Assembly (NCBI GenBank): GCA_964016885.1
Contig: OZ024743.1
Coordinates: 36,766,001 to 36,830,000, forward strand
Source of the DNA: Eledone cirrhosa
Lineage: Eukaryota
Reading direction: 5' to 3'
DNA length: 64,000 nucleotides
This document shows, piece after piece, positions 1 through 13,900 of this stretch. A model generated the notes under the pieces. The model was not told the DNA's origin. It saw nothing but the letters and a program-made list of their open reading frames with translations, and did no database searches. Every line of letters starts with the position of its first letter. Position 1 is the stretch's first letter. The position numbers were made by a program, and so were the translations under genes.

Positions 1-74
1 ATCATGAAAAAGTTAGTTATTGTTTTATATTTCTTACACGGAGCTTATCTTAGTTTTATGGTGTTAAGTGACTG

Positions 75-260
75 AGAGAACAAGACCCTTCTCCTGGATG
101 GGATGCTAGTCCATCACAAGGCTAGCCCAGCCAGCTACTGCCACTGGTACTCATTTATAGCTGAAGGAACTGAAGCTGTGTGAAAAATGAAGTGTCTTGC
201 TGAAGAACACAATGTATCATCTGCTCAGGAAATTGAATCCATGACTTTATAATTGTGAAG
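75..260 (-). mobile_element. Decayed tRNA-derived SINE (second family)
   Basis: Reverse complement shows a B-box-like GGATTCAATTTCC followed by GTGTTCTTCAGCAAGACACTTCATT...CAGCTATAAATGAGTACC, a typical SINE central domain. Confidence 0.6.
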
Positions 261-529
261 CTATGTAAAAATGATTATGATGATATGTGCACCAAATAAC
301 ATATTGATAATGAAGAGTTAGTGATTTTACTAAATCCTTTAAAAATTTGAAGGATTTTATTTCAAAATGAATTGAAACACATAGGAAGTATATTTGATGA
401 AGAATATGGTCACATATATTTTCAGCATATCATTATATATTTTTCCTCTTTACATAACTAGCAATTCTTTAGATTATATTTTGATGTTGTAACCACTTAT
501 TAACTATACATTATTAAATATTATTTCAG

Positions 530-667
530 TTTTCTGATAATTCTGGTGATGGTGAAGGTATGAATCTGAAACTACCAAATGATGTGTATAACCGGTTGCG
601 TGCACATAGCTCTGCAATGAATAAGCGCTTCAACAAAGTCCATGAAAAGAAAGAACATTCTACAGTT
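530..667 (+). CDS. RIOK3: RIO kinase 3-like, internal exon A (upstream exons are outside the window)
   Basis: tttcag|TTT...GTT|gtatgt; 138 nt, phase 0/0; FSDNSGDGEGMNLKLPNDVYNRLRAHSSAMNKRFNKVHEKKEHSTV matches the RIOK3-specific GDGxGMxLKL...HEKKEHST segment. Confidence 0.9.
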
Positions 668-711
668 GTATGTGTCTTCTCTCTTTTTGTTATTATCATT
701 ATTATTTTTCT

Positions 712-1300
712 GCAGTAGATTAGCAGTGTTGGTAGAGCGTCAGACAACATGCCTTGCAGCATAGAGTTATGGCCCTTTACGTTCTGTGTTCATATCCCTC
801 CAACGTTAGCTTTGCCTTTCATCCTTACGTGGTCGATAAAATAAAGTACCAGTATCGCACTGGGGTCGATTTAATCGACTTTCTCCTTCCTCAAAATTGT
901 TGGCTTCGTGCCTAAATCAGAAACCATTATTATTATTAATAGTAAACGAATCGGTGGATTGGCAGTATCGGTAGAGGGTTGGACGCCATGCTTTCTAGCA
1001 TAGTTACGTCCCTTTACGGTCTGAGTTCAAATCCCGTTTAGGTTAACTTTGTCTTTCATCTTTACGGGGGTCGATAAAATAAAGTACCAGTAATGTACTG
1101 CGTAATTTGCTGGCCTTGTGCCAAAAGTAGAAACAATTATTATTATTAATAGTAAATCCCGTTGAAGTCAACTTTACCTTTCATCCTTCGAGAGTTCATA
1201 AAATGAATGTAATGTGATTGATATAATTGACTTCCCCTCCCCACTAATTGGTACCTTTGTGCTTAAATTAGAAATCAAGAAACAATTATTATTAATATTA
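712..1300 (+). mobile_element. Head-to-tail chain of three tRNA-derived SINE copies (~712-938, ~953-1150, partial ~1151-1300)
   Basis: A-box TGGCAGTATCGG, B-box GAGTTCAAATCCC, core CTTTGCCTTTCATCCTT..GGGGTCGATAAAATAAAGTACCAG, (ATT)n tails. Confidence 0.85.
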
Positions 1301-1316
1301 AATCCCATTATTATTA

Positions 1317-1980
1317 TGGCAGCCCCGATTGGGGTGCGTAAGCTGATATTATTGTGGTAATTGTCTTATTCAGGACTAGTCTGAGTTTAATGATTCTTGC
1401 ATTTACCCTGTACACTGAGATTACTTTATCTACCCACTTGTCAGCTAATAGTATACCTACACCACCCATCCCATCGTCATTTCCCACCCAGAAAAATTTG
1501 TAGCACTGGCTTTTTCCTACAAGGACTCTAGCAGACCCTCCTCTCCATCTAGTCTCTTGCACACAGCATACATCAACTTCCTTTCGCTCTAGCATTTCTA
1601 CGATTTCTCCTGCTCTTCCTTTCATTGAGCCTACATTGATGGTACCAACTCGGAGTTTTGGGCATTTGTCGACACTCGTAGGGGAGGGTCTCTGGGTTGG
1701 CGCTTCACGTGGGTGCTTGGTAGCTCGCAGATTCATATTTCATCTATTGATTCAGAGTTGCTCGTGTATTCCCAGCTCATCCATCCATAACGGTGGGAAA
1801 ATTGAGGGCTAGAAGGACAGTGGTGGTGGGGTAATGGCAGGGTGTGTTGGGATGCGCCAGAGGAGGAGAGAGTTAGTTAGGCAGGTAGTAGCAGCAGCAG
1901 CAGTGGAAATGGCATGCTAGGTTTGATTGGTCGAATAGACTATGGTGGTGTGTGGGGGTGGGGGGGAGGGAAATTGTGAG
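1317..1980 (-). mobile_element. RTE-clade LINE 5' fragment (N-terminal half of the AP-endonuclease plus upstream sequence)
   Basis: LRVGTINVGSM..., CCVQETRW, GVGILL, SAYAPQ motifs in ORF 1314-1736; breaks off at an (ATT)n run. Confidence 0.9.
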
Positions 1981-4900
1981 GTAGGAACTGAGGGTCGCAT
2001 GGTAAATATCCAAGTTAATACTACATCAGTAAAATTAACAATAATAACGTCATGAAAAAAGCTACTAAGAGAAACCCTCGAAAATTTATCGCTAATACAG
2101 CAGGGAAAATTTAACGCTAATACAGCAGGGAACATCATAATATTAACGACATGAAAAAGCTACTAAGAGAAACCCTCGAAAATTTATCGCTAATACAGCA
2201 GGGAAAATTTAACGCTAATACAGCAGGGAACATCATAATATTAACGACAATATGTAGGCTAAAATACCTTCGTAGATTAGGTGGATGGCTGGCTGGGAAA
2301 ATTTGAATCAGCTCTAGTGGTACATTTTAGCAGAGAAGAATGGCAAAGTGTCTTATCTCTTCAATATTTTCAGATTGAATGAATTAGGTTAAAGACAGGG
2401 TAGTAAGCCTTAAAGAAGTGCATAGAGGGGGGGGGGGGTAGGAACTGAGAGAGATACAATAGGATTAGAATACCGCATGGTAAATATCCAAGTTAATAAG
2501 TTAATACTACATCAGTAAAATTAACAATAATAACGTCATGAAAAAAGCTACTAAGAGAAACCCTCGAAAATTTATCGCTAATACAGCAGGGAAAATTTAA
2601 CGCTAATACAGCAGGGAACATCATAATATTAACGACATGAAAAAGCTACTAAGAGAAACCCTCGAAAATTTATCGCTAATACAGCAGGGAAAATTTAACG
2701 CTAATACAGCAGGGAACATCATAATATTAACGACAATATGTAGGCTAAAATACCTTCGTAGATTAGGTGGATGGCTGGCTGGGAAAATTTGAATCAGCTC
2801 TAGTGGTACATTTTAGCAGAGAAGAATGGCAAAGTGTCTTATCTCTTCAATATTTTCAGATTGAATGAATTAGGTTAAAGACAGGGTAGTAAGCCTTAAA
2901 GAAGTGCATAGAGGGGGGGGGGGTAGGAACTGAGAGAGATACAATAGGATTAGAATACCGCATGGTAAATATCCAAGTTAATAAGTTAATACTACATCAG
3001 TAAAATTAACAATAATAACGTCATGAAAAAAGCTACTAAGAGAAACCCTCGAAAATTTATCGCTAATACAGCAGGGAAAATTTAACGCTAATACAGCAGG
3101 GAACATCATAATATTAACGACATGAAAAAGCTACTAAGAGAAACCCTCGAAAATTTATCGCTAATACAGCAGGGAAAATTTAACGCTAATACAGCAGGGA
3201 ACATCATAATATTAACGACAATATGTAGGCTAAAATACCTTCGTAGATTAGGTGGATGGCTGGCTGGGAAAATTTGAATCAGCTCTAGTGGTACATTTTA
3301 GCAGAGAAGAATGGCAAAGTGTCTTATCTCTTCAATATTTTCAGATTGAATGAATTAGGTTAAAGACAGGGTAGTAAGCCTTAAAGAAGTGCATAGAGGG
3401 GGGGGGGGTAGGAACTGAGAGAGATACAATAGGATTAGAATACCGCATGGTAAATATCCAAGTTAATAAGTTAATACTACATCAGTAAAATTAACAATAA
3501 TAACGTCATGAAAAAAGCTACTAAGAGAAACCCTCGAAGATTTATCGCTAATACAGCAGGGAAAATTTAACGCTAATACAGCAGGGAACATCATAATATT
3601 AACGACATGAAAAAGCTACTAAGAGAAACCCTCGAAAATTTATCGCTAATACAGCAGGGAAAATTTAACGCTAATACAGCAGGGAACATCATAATATTAA
3701 CGACAATATGTAGGCTAAAATACCTTCGTAGATTAGGTGGATGGCTGGCTGGGAAAATTTGAATCAGCTCTAGTGGTACATTTTAGCAGAGAAGAATGGC
3801 AAAGTGTCTTATCTCTTCAATATTTTCAGATTGAATGAATTAGGTTAAAGACAGGGTAGTAAGCCTTAAAGAAGTGCATAGAGGGGGGGGGGGGGTAGGA
3901 ACTGAGAGAGATACAATAGGATTAGAATACCGCATGGTAAATATCCAAGTTAATAAGTTAATACTACATCAGTAAAATTAACAATAATAACGTCATGAAA
4001 AAAGCTACTAAGAGAAACCCTCGAAAATTTATCGCTAATACAGCAGGGAAAATTTAACGCTAATACAGCAGGGAACATCATAATATTAACGACATGAAAA
4101 AGCTACTAAGAGAAACCCTCGAAAATTTATCGCTAATACAGCAGGGAAAATTTAACGCTAATACAGCAGGGAACATCATAATATTAACGACAATATGTAG
4201 GCTAAAATACCTTCATAGATTAGGTGGATGGCTGGCTGGGAAAATTTGAATCAGCTCTAGTGGTACATTTTAGCAGAGAAGAATGGCAAAGTGTCTTATC
4301 TCTTCAATATTTTCAGATTGAATGAATTAAGTTAAAGACAGGGTAGTAAGCCTTAAAGAAGTGCATAGAGGGGGGGGGGGGGTAGGAACTGAGAGAGATA
4401 CAATAGGATTAGAATACCGCATGGTAAATATCCAAGTTAATAAGTTAATACTACATCAGTAAAATTAACAATAATAACGTCATGAAAAAAGCTACTAAGA
4501 GAAACCCTCGAAAATTTATCGCTAATACAGCAGGGAAAATTTAACGCTAATACAGCAGGGAACATCATAATATTAACGACATGAAAAAGCTACTAAGAGA
4601 AACCCTCGAAAATTTATCGCTAATACAGCAGGGAAAATTTAACGCTAATACAGCAGGGAACATCATAATATTAACGACAATATGTAGGCTAAAATACCTT
4701 CGTAGATTAGGTGGATGGCTGGCTGGGAAAATTTGAATCAGCTCTAGTGGTACATTTTAGCAGAGAAGAATGGCAAAGTGTCTTATCTCTTCAATATTTT
4801 CAGATTGAATGAATTAGGTTAAAGACAGGGTAGTAAGCCTTAAAGAAGTGCATAGAGGGGGGGGGGGGGGTAGGAACTGAGAGAGATACAATAGGATTAG

Positions 4901-7900
4901 AATACCGCATGGTAAATATCCAAGTTAATAAGTTAATACTACATCAGTAAAATTAACAATAATAACGTCATGAAAAAAGCTACTAAGAGAAACCCTCGAA
5001 AATTTATCGCTAATACAGCAGGGAAAATTTAACGCTAATACAGCAGGGAACATCATAATATTAACGACATGAAAAAGCTACTAAGAGAAACCCTCGAAAA
5101 TTTATCGCTAATACAGCAGGGAAAATTTAACGCTAATACAGCAGGGAACATCATAATATTAACGACAATATGTAGGCTAAAATACCTTCGTAGATTAGGT
5201 GGATGGCTGGCTGGGAAAATTTGAATCAGCTCTAGTGGTACATTTTAGCAGAGAAGAATGGCAAAGTGTCTTATCTCTTCAATATTTTCAGATTGAATGA
5301 ATTAGGTTAAAGACAGGGTAGTAAGCCTTAAAGAAGTGCATAGAGGGGGGGGGGGGGGGTAGGAAATGAGAGAGATACAATAGGATTAGAATACCGCATG
5401 GTAAATATCCAAGTTAATAAGTTAATACTACATCAGTAAAATTAACAATAATAACGTCATGAAAAAAGCTACTAAGAGAAACCCTCGAAAATTTATCGCT
5501 AATACAGCAGGGAAAATTTAACGCTAATACAGCAGGGAACATCATAATATTAACGACAATATGTAGGCTAAAATACCTTCGTAGATTAGGTGGATGGCTG
5601 GCTGGGAAAATTTGAATCAGCTCTAGTGGTACATTTTAGCAGAGAAGAATGGCAAAGTGTCTTATCTCTTCAATATTTTCAGATTGAATGAATTAGGTTA
5701 AAGACAGGGTAGTAAGCCTTAAAGAAGTGCATAGAGGGGGGGGGGGGGGTAGGAACTGAGAGAGATACAATAGGATTAGAATACCGCATGGTAAATATCC
5801 AAGTTAATAAGTTAATACTACATCAGTAAAATTAACAATAATAACGTCATGAAAAAAGCTACTAAGAGAAACCCTCGAAAATTTATCGCTAATACAGCAG
5901 GGAACATCATAATATTAACGACATGAAAAAGCTACTAAGAGAAACCCTCGAAAATTTATCGCTAATACAGCAGGGAAAATTTAACGCTAATACAGCAGGG
6001 AACATCATAATATTAACGACAATATGTAGGCTAAAATACCTTCGTAGATTAGGTGGATGGCTGGCTGGGAAAATTTGAATCAGCTCTAGTGGTACATTTT
6101 AGCAGAGAAGAATGGCAAAGTGTCTTATCTCTTCAATATTTTCAGATTGAATGAATTAGGTTAAAGACAGGGTAGTAAGCCTTAAAGAAGTGCATAGAGG
6201 GGGGGGGGGGGTAGGAACTGAGAGAGATACAATAGGATTAGAATACCGCATGGTAAATATCCAAGTTAATAAGTTAATACTACATCAGTAAAATTAACAA
6301 TAATAACGTCATGAAAAAAGCTACTAAGAGAAACCCTCGAAAATTTATCGCTAATACAGCAGGGAAAATTTAACGCTAATACAGCAGGGAACATCATAAT
6401 ATTAACGACATGAAAAAGCTACTAAGAGAAACCCTCGAAAATTTATCGCTAATACAGCAGGGAAAATTTAACGCTAATACAGCAGGGAACATCATAATAT
6501 TAACGACAATATGTAGGCTAAAATACCTTCGTAGATTAGGTGGATGGCTGGCTGGGAAAATTTGAATCAGCTCTAGTGGTACATTTTAGCAGAGAAGAAT
6601 GGCAAAGTGTCTTATCTCTTCAATATTTTCAGATTGAATGAATTAGGTTAAAGACAGGGTAGTAAGCCTTAAAGAAGTGCATAGAGGGGGGGGGGGGGTA
6701 GGAACTGAGAGAGATACAATAGGATTAGAATACCGCATGGTAAATATCCAAGTTAATAAGTTAATACTACATCAGTAAAATTAACAATAATAACGTCATG
6801 AAAAAAGCTACTAAGAGAAACCCTCGAAAATTTATCGCTAATACAGCAGGGAAAATTTAACGCTAATACAGCAGGGAACATCATAATATTAACGACATGA
6901 AAAAGCTACTAAGAGAAACCCTCGAAAATTTATCGCTAATACAGCAGGGAAAATTTAACGCTAATACAGCAGGGAACATCATAATATTAACAACAATATG
7001 TAGGCTAAAATACCTTCGTAGATTAGGTGGATGGCTGGCTGGGAAAATTTGAATCAGCTCTAGTGGTACATTTTAGCAGAGAAGAATGGCAAAGTGTCTT
7101 ATCTCTTCAATATTTTCAGATTGAATGAATTAGGTTAAAGACAGGGTAGTAAGCCTTAAAGAAGTGCATAGAGGGGGGGGGGGGGGGTAGGAACTGAGGG
7201 TCGCATGGTAAATAACTGAGAGAGATACAATAGGATTAGAATACCGCATGGTAAATATCCAAGTTAATAAGTTAATACTACATCAGTAAAATTAACAATA
7301 ATAACGTCATGAAAAAAGCTACTAAGAGAAACCCTCGAAAATTTATCGCTAATACAGCAGGGAAAATTTAACGCTAATACAGCAGGGAACATCATAATAT
7401 TAACGACATGAAAAAGCTACTAAGAGAAACCCTCGAAAATTTATCGCTAATACAGCAGGGAAAATTTAACGCTAATACAGCAGGGAACATCATAATATTA
7501 ACGACAATATGTAGGCTAAAATACCTTCGTAGATTAGGTGGATGGCTGGCTGGGAAAATTTGAATCAGCTCTAGTGGTACATTTTAGCAGAGAAGAATGG
7601 CAAAGTGTCTTATCTCTTCAATATTTTCAGATTGAATGAATTAGGTTAAAGACAGGGTAGTAAGCCTTAAAGAAGTGCATAGAGGGGGGGGGGGGGTAGG
7701 AACTGAGAGAGATACAATAGGATTAGAATACCGCATGGTAAATATCCAAGTTAATAAGTTAATACTACATCAGTAAAATTAACAATAATAACGTCATGAA
7801 AAAAGCTACTAAGAGAAACCCTCGAAAATTTATCGCTAATACAGCAGGGAAAATTTAACGCTAATACAGCAGGGAACATCATAATATTAACGACATGAAA

Positions 7901-10900
7901 AAGCTACTAAGAGAAACCCTCGAAAATTTATCGCTAATACAGCAGGGAAAATTTAACGCTAATACAGCAGGGAACATCATAATATTAACGACAATATGTA
8001 GGCTAAAATACCTTCGTAGATTAGGTGGATGGCTGGCTGGGAAAATTTGAATCAGCTCTAGTGGTACATTTTAGCAGAGAAGAATGGCAAAGTGTCTTAT
8101 CTCTTCAATATTTTAAAATCGAATGAATTAGGTTAAAGACAGGGTAGTAAGCCTTAAAGAAGTGCATAGAGGGGGGGGGGGGGGGTAGGAACTGAGAGAG
8201 ATACAATAGGATTAGAATACCGCATGGTAAATATCCAAGTTAATAAGTTAATACTACATCAGTAAAATTAACAATAATAACGTCATGAAAAAAGCTACTA
8301 AGAGAAACCCTCGAAAATTTATCGCTAATACAGCAGGGAAAATTTAACGCTAATACAGCAGGGAACATCATAATATTAACGACATGAAAAAGCTACTAAG
8401 AGAAACCCTCGAAAATTTATCGCTAATACAGCAGGGAAAATTTAACGCTAATACAGCAGGGAACATCATAATATTAACGACAATATGTAGGCTAAAATAC
8501 CTTCGTAGATTAGGTGGATGGCTGGCTGGGAAAATTTGAATCAGCTCTAGTGGTACATTTTAGCAGAGAAGAATGGCAAAGTGTCTTATCTCTTCAATAT
8601 TTTCAGATTGAATGAATTAGGTTAAAGACAGGGTAGTAAGCCTTAAAGAAGTGCATAGAGGGGGGGGGGGGTAGGAACTGAGAGAGATACAATAGGATTA
8701 GAATACCGCATGGTAAATATCCAAGTTAATAAGTTAATACTACATCAGTAAAATTAACAATAATAACGTCATGAAAAAAGCTACTAAGAGAAACCCTCGA
8801 AAATTTATCGCTAATACAGCAGGGAAAATTTAACGCTAATACAGCAGGGAACATCATAATATTAACGACATGAAAAAGCTACTAAGAGAAACCCTCGAAA
8901 ATTTATCACTAATACAGCAGGGAAAATTTAACGCTAATACAGCAGGGAACATCATAATATTAACGACAATATGTAGGCTAAAATACCTTCGTAGATTAGG
9001 TGGATGGCTGGCTGGGAAAATTTGAATCAGCTCTAGTGGTACATTTTAGCAGAGAAGAATGGCAAAGTGTCTTATCTCTTCAATATTTTCAGATTGAATG
9101 AATTAGGTTAAAGACAGGGTAGTAAGCCTTAAAGAAGTGCATAGAGGGGGGGGGGGGGGTAGGAACTGAGAGAGATACAATAGGATTAGAATACCGCATG
9201 GTAAATATCCAAGTTAATAAGTTAATACTACATCAGTAAAATTAACAATAATAACGTCATGAAAAAAGCTACTAAGAGAAACCCTCGAAAATTTATCGCT
9301 AATACAGCAGGGAAAATTTAACGCTAATACAGCAGGGAACATCATAATATTAACGACATGAAAAAGCTACTAAGAGAAACCCTCGAAAATTTATCGCTAA
9401 TACAGCAGGGAAAATTTAACGCTAATACAGCAGGGAACATCATAATATTAACGACAATATGTAGGCTAAAATACCTTCGTAGATTAGGTGGATGGCTGGC
9501 TGGGAAAATTTGAATCAGCTCTAGTGGTACATTTTAGCAGAGAAGAATGGCAAAGTGTCTTATCTCTTCAATATTTTCAGATTGAATGAATTAGGTTAAA
9601 GACAGGGTAGTAAGCCTTAAAGAAGTGCATAGAGGGGGGGGGTAGGAACTGAGAGAGATACAATAGGATTAGAATACCGCATGGTAAATATCCAAGTTAA
9701 TAAGTTAATACTACATCAGTAAAATTAACAATAATAACGTCATGAAAAAGCTACTAAGAGAAACCCTCGAAAATTTATCGCTAATACAGCAGGGAAAATT
9801 TAACGCTAATACAGCAGGGAACATCATAATATTAACGACATGAAAAAGCTACTAAGAGAAACCCTCGAAAATTTATCGCTAATACAGCAGGGAAAATTTA
9901 ACGCTAATACAGCAGGGAACATCATAATATTAACGACAATATGTAGGCTAAAATACCTTCATAGATTAGGTGGATGGCTGGCTGGGAAAATTTGAATCAG
10001 CTCTAGTGGTACATTTTAGCAGAGAAGAATGGCAAAGTGTCTTATCTCTTCAATATTTTCAGATTGAATGAATTAGGTTAAAGACAGGGTAGTAAGCCTT
10101 AAAGAAGTGCATAGAGGGGGGGGGGGTAGGAACTGAGAGAGATACAATAGGATTAGAATACCGCATGGTAAATATCCAAGTTAATAAGTTAATACTACAT
10201 CAGTAAAATTAACAATAATAACGTCATGAAAAAAGCTACTAAGAGAAACCCTCGAAAATTTATCGCTAATACAGCAGGGAAAATTTAACGCTAATACAGC
10301 AGGGAACATCATAATATTAACGACATGAAAAAGCTACTAAGAGAAACCCTCGAAAATTTATCGCTAATACAGCAGGGAAAATTTAACGCTAATACAGCAG
10401 GGAACATCATAATATTAACGACAATATGTAGGCTAAAATACCTTCATAGATTAGGTGGATGGCTGGCTGGGAAAATTTGAATCAGCTCTAGTGGTACATT
10501 TTAGCAGAGAAGAATGGCAAAGTGTCTTATCTCTTCAATATTTTCAGATTGAATGAATTAAGTTAAAGACAGGGTAGTAAGCCTTAAAGAAGTGCATAGA
10601 GGGGGGGGGGGGGTAGGAACTGAGAGAGATACAATAGGATTAGAATACCGCATGGTAAATATCCAAGTTAATAAGTTAATACTACATCAGTAAAATTAAC
10701 AATAATAACGTCATGAAAAAAGCTACTAAGAGAAACCCTCGAAAATTTATCGCTAATACAGCAGGGAAAATTTAACGCTAATACAGCAGGGAACATCATA
10801 ATATTAACGACATGAAAAAGCTACTAAGAGAAACCCTCGAAAATTTATCGCTAATACAGCAGGGAAAATTTAACGCTAATACAGCAGGGAACATCATAAT

Positions 10901-13900
10901 ATTAACGACAATATGTAGGCTAAAATACCTTCGTAGATTAGGTGGATGGCTGGCTGGGAAAATTTGAATCAGCTCTAGTGGTACATTTTAGCAGAGAAGA
11001 ATGGCAAAGTGTCTTATCTCTTCAATATTTTCAGATTGAATGAATTAGGTTAAAGACAGGGTAGTAAGCCTTAAAGAAGTGCATAGAGGGGGGGGGGGGG
11101 GGGTAGGAACTGAGAGAGATACAATAGGATTAGAATACCGCATGGTAAATATCCAAGTTAATAAGTTAATACTACATCAGTAAAATTAACAATAATAACG
11201 TCATGAAAAAAGCTACTAAGAGAAACCCTCGAAAATTTATCGCTAATACAGCAGGGAAAATTTAACGCTAATACAGCAGGGAACATCATAATATTAACGA
11301 CATGAAAAAGCTACTAAGAGAAACCCTCGAAAATTTATCGCTAATACAGCAGGGAAAATTTAACGCTAATACAGCAGGGAACATCATAATATTAACGACA
11401 ATATGTAGGCTAAAATACCTTCGTAGATTAGGTGGATGGCTGGCTGGGAAAATTTGAATCAGCTCTAGTGGTACATTTTAGCAGAGAAGAATGGCAAAGT
11501 GTCTTATCTCTTCAATATTTTCAGATTGAATGAATTAGGTTAAAGACAGGGTAGTAAGCCTTAAAGAAGTGCATAGAGGGGGGGGGGGGTAGGAACTGAG
11601 AGAGATACAATAGGATTAGAATACCGCATGGTAAATATCCAAGTTAATAAGTTAATACTACATCAGTAAAATTAACAATAATAACGTCATGAAAAAAGCT
11701 ACTAAGAGAAACCCTCGAAAATTTATCGCTAATACAGCAGGGAAAATTTAACGCTAATACAGCAGGGAACATCATAATATTAACGACAATATGTAGGCTA
11801 AAATACCTTCGTAGATTAGGTGGATGGCTGGCTGGGAAAATTTGAATCAGCTCTAGTGGTACATTTTAGCAGAGAAGAATGGCAAAGTGTCTTATCTCTT
11901 CAATATTTTCAGATTGAATGAATTAGGTTAAAGACAGGGTAGTAAGCCTTAAAGAAGTGCATAGAGGGGGGGGGGGGTAGGAACTGAGAGAGATACAATA
12001 GGATTAGAATACCGCATGGTAAATATCCAAGTTAATAAGTTAATACTACATCAGTAAAATTAACAATAATAACGTCATGAAAAAAGCTACTAAGAGAAAC
12101 CCTCGAAAATTTATCGCTAATACAGCAGGGAACATCATAATATTAACGACATGAAAAAGCTACTAAGAGAAACCCTCGAAAATTTATCGCTAATACAGCA
12201 GGGAAAATTTAACGCTAATACAGCAGGGAACATCATAATATTAACGACAATATGTAGGCTAAAATACCTTCGTAGATTAGGTGGATGGCTGGCTGGGAAA
12301 ATTTGAATCAGCTCTAGTGGTACATTTTAGCAGAGAAGAATGGCAAAGTGTCTTATCTCTTCAATATTTTCAGATTGAATGAATTAGGTTAAAGACAGGG
12401 TAGTAAGCCTTAAAGAAGTGCATAGAGGGGGGGGGGGGGGTAGGAACTGAGAGAGATACAATAGGATTAGAATACCGCATGGTAAATATCCAAGTTAATA
12501 AGTTAATACTACATCAGTAAAATTAACAATAATAACGTCATGAAAAAAGCTACTAAGAGAAACCCTCGAAAATTTATCGCTAATACAGCAGGGAAAATTT
12601 AACGCTAATACAGCAGGGAACATCATAATATTAACGACATGAAAAAGCTACTAAGAGAAACCCTCGAAAATTTATCGCTAATACAGCAGGGAAAATTTAA
12701 CGCTAATACAGCAGGGAACATCATAATATTAACGACAATATGTAGGCTAAAATACCTTCGTAGATTAGGTGGATGGCTGGCTGGGAAAATTTGAATCAGC
12801 TCTAGTGGTACATTTTAGCAGAGAAGAATGGCAAAGTGTCTTATCTCTTCAATATTTTCAGATTGAATGAATTAGGTTAAAGACAGGGTAGTAAGCCTTA
12901 AAGAAGTGCATAGAGGGGGGGGGGTAGGAACTGAGAGAGATACAATAGGATTAGAATACCGCATGGTAAATATCCAAGTTAATAAGTTAATACTACATCA
13001 GTAAAATTAACAATAATAACGTCATGAAAAAAGCTACTAAGAGAAACCCTCGAAAATTTATCGCTAATACAGCAGGGAAAATTTAACGCTAATACAGCAG
13101 GGAACATCATAATATTAACGACATGAAAAAGCTACTAAGAGAAACCCTCGAAAATTTATCGCTAATACAGCAGGGAAAATTTAACGCTAATACAGCAGGG
13201 AACATCATAATATTAACAACAATATGTAGGCTAAAATACCTTCGTAGATTAGGTGGATGGCTGGCTGGGAAAATTTGAATCAGCTCTAGTGGTACATTTT
13301 AGCAGAGAAGAATGGCAAAGTGTCTTATCTCTTCAATATTTTCAGATTGAATGAATTAGGTTAAAGACAGGGTAGTAAGCCTTAAAGAAGTGCATAGAGG
13401 GGGGGGGGGGGGGGGTAGGAACTGAGGGTCGCATGGTAAATAACTGAGAGAGATACAATAGGATTAGAATACCGCATGGTAAATATCCAAGTTAATAAGT
13501 TAATACTACATCAGTAAAATTAACAATAATAACGTCATGAAAAAAGCTACTAAGAGAAACCCTCGAAAATTTATCGCTAATACAGCAGGGAAAATTTAAC
13601 GCTAATACAGCAGGGAACATCATAATATTAACGACATGAAAAAGCTACTAAGAGAAACCCTCGAAAATTTATCGCTAATACAGCAGGGAAAATTTAACGC
13701 TAATACAGCAGGGAACATCATAATATTAACGACAATATGTAGGCTAAAATACCTTCGTAGATTAGGTGGATGGCTGGCTGGGAAAATTTGAATCAGCTCT
13801 AGTGGTACATTTTAGCAGAGAAGAATGGCAAAGTGTCTTATCTCTTCAATATTTTCAGATTGAATGAATTAGGTTAAAGACAGGGTAGTAAGCCTTAAAG

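Noticed and set aside
526-762. 78-aa minus-strand ORF
   Set aside because: Antisense shadow of RIOK3 exon A plus SINE sequence.
953-1040. tRNA genes at the A-box/B-box motifs
   Set aside because: No cloverleaf; boxes are followed by a shared SINE core and (ATT)n tail in many diverged copies.
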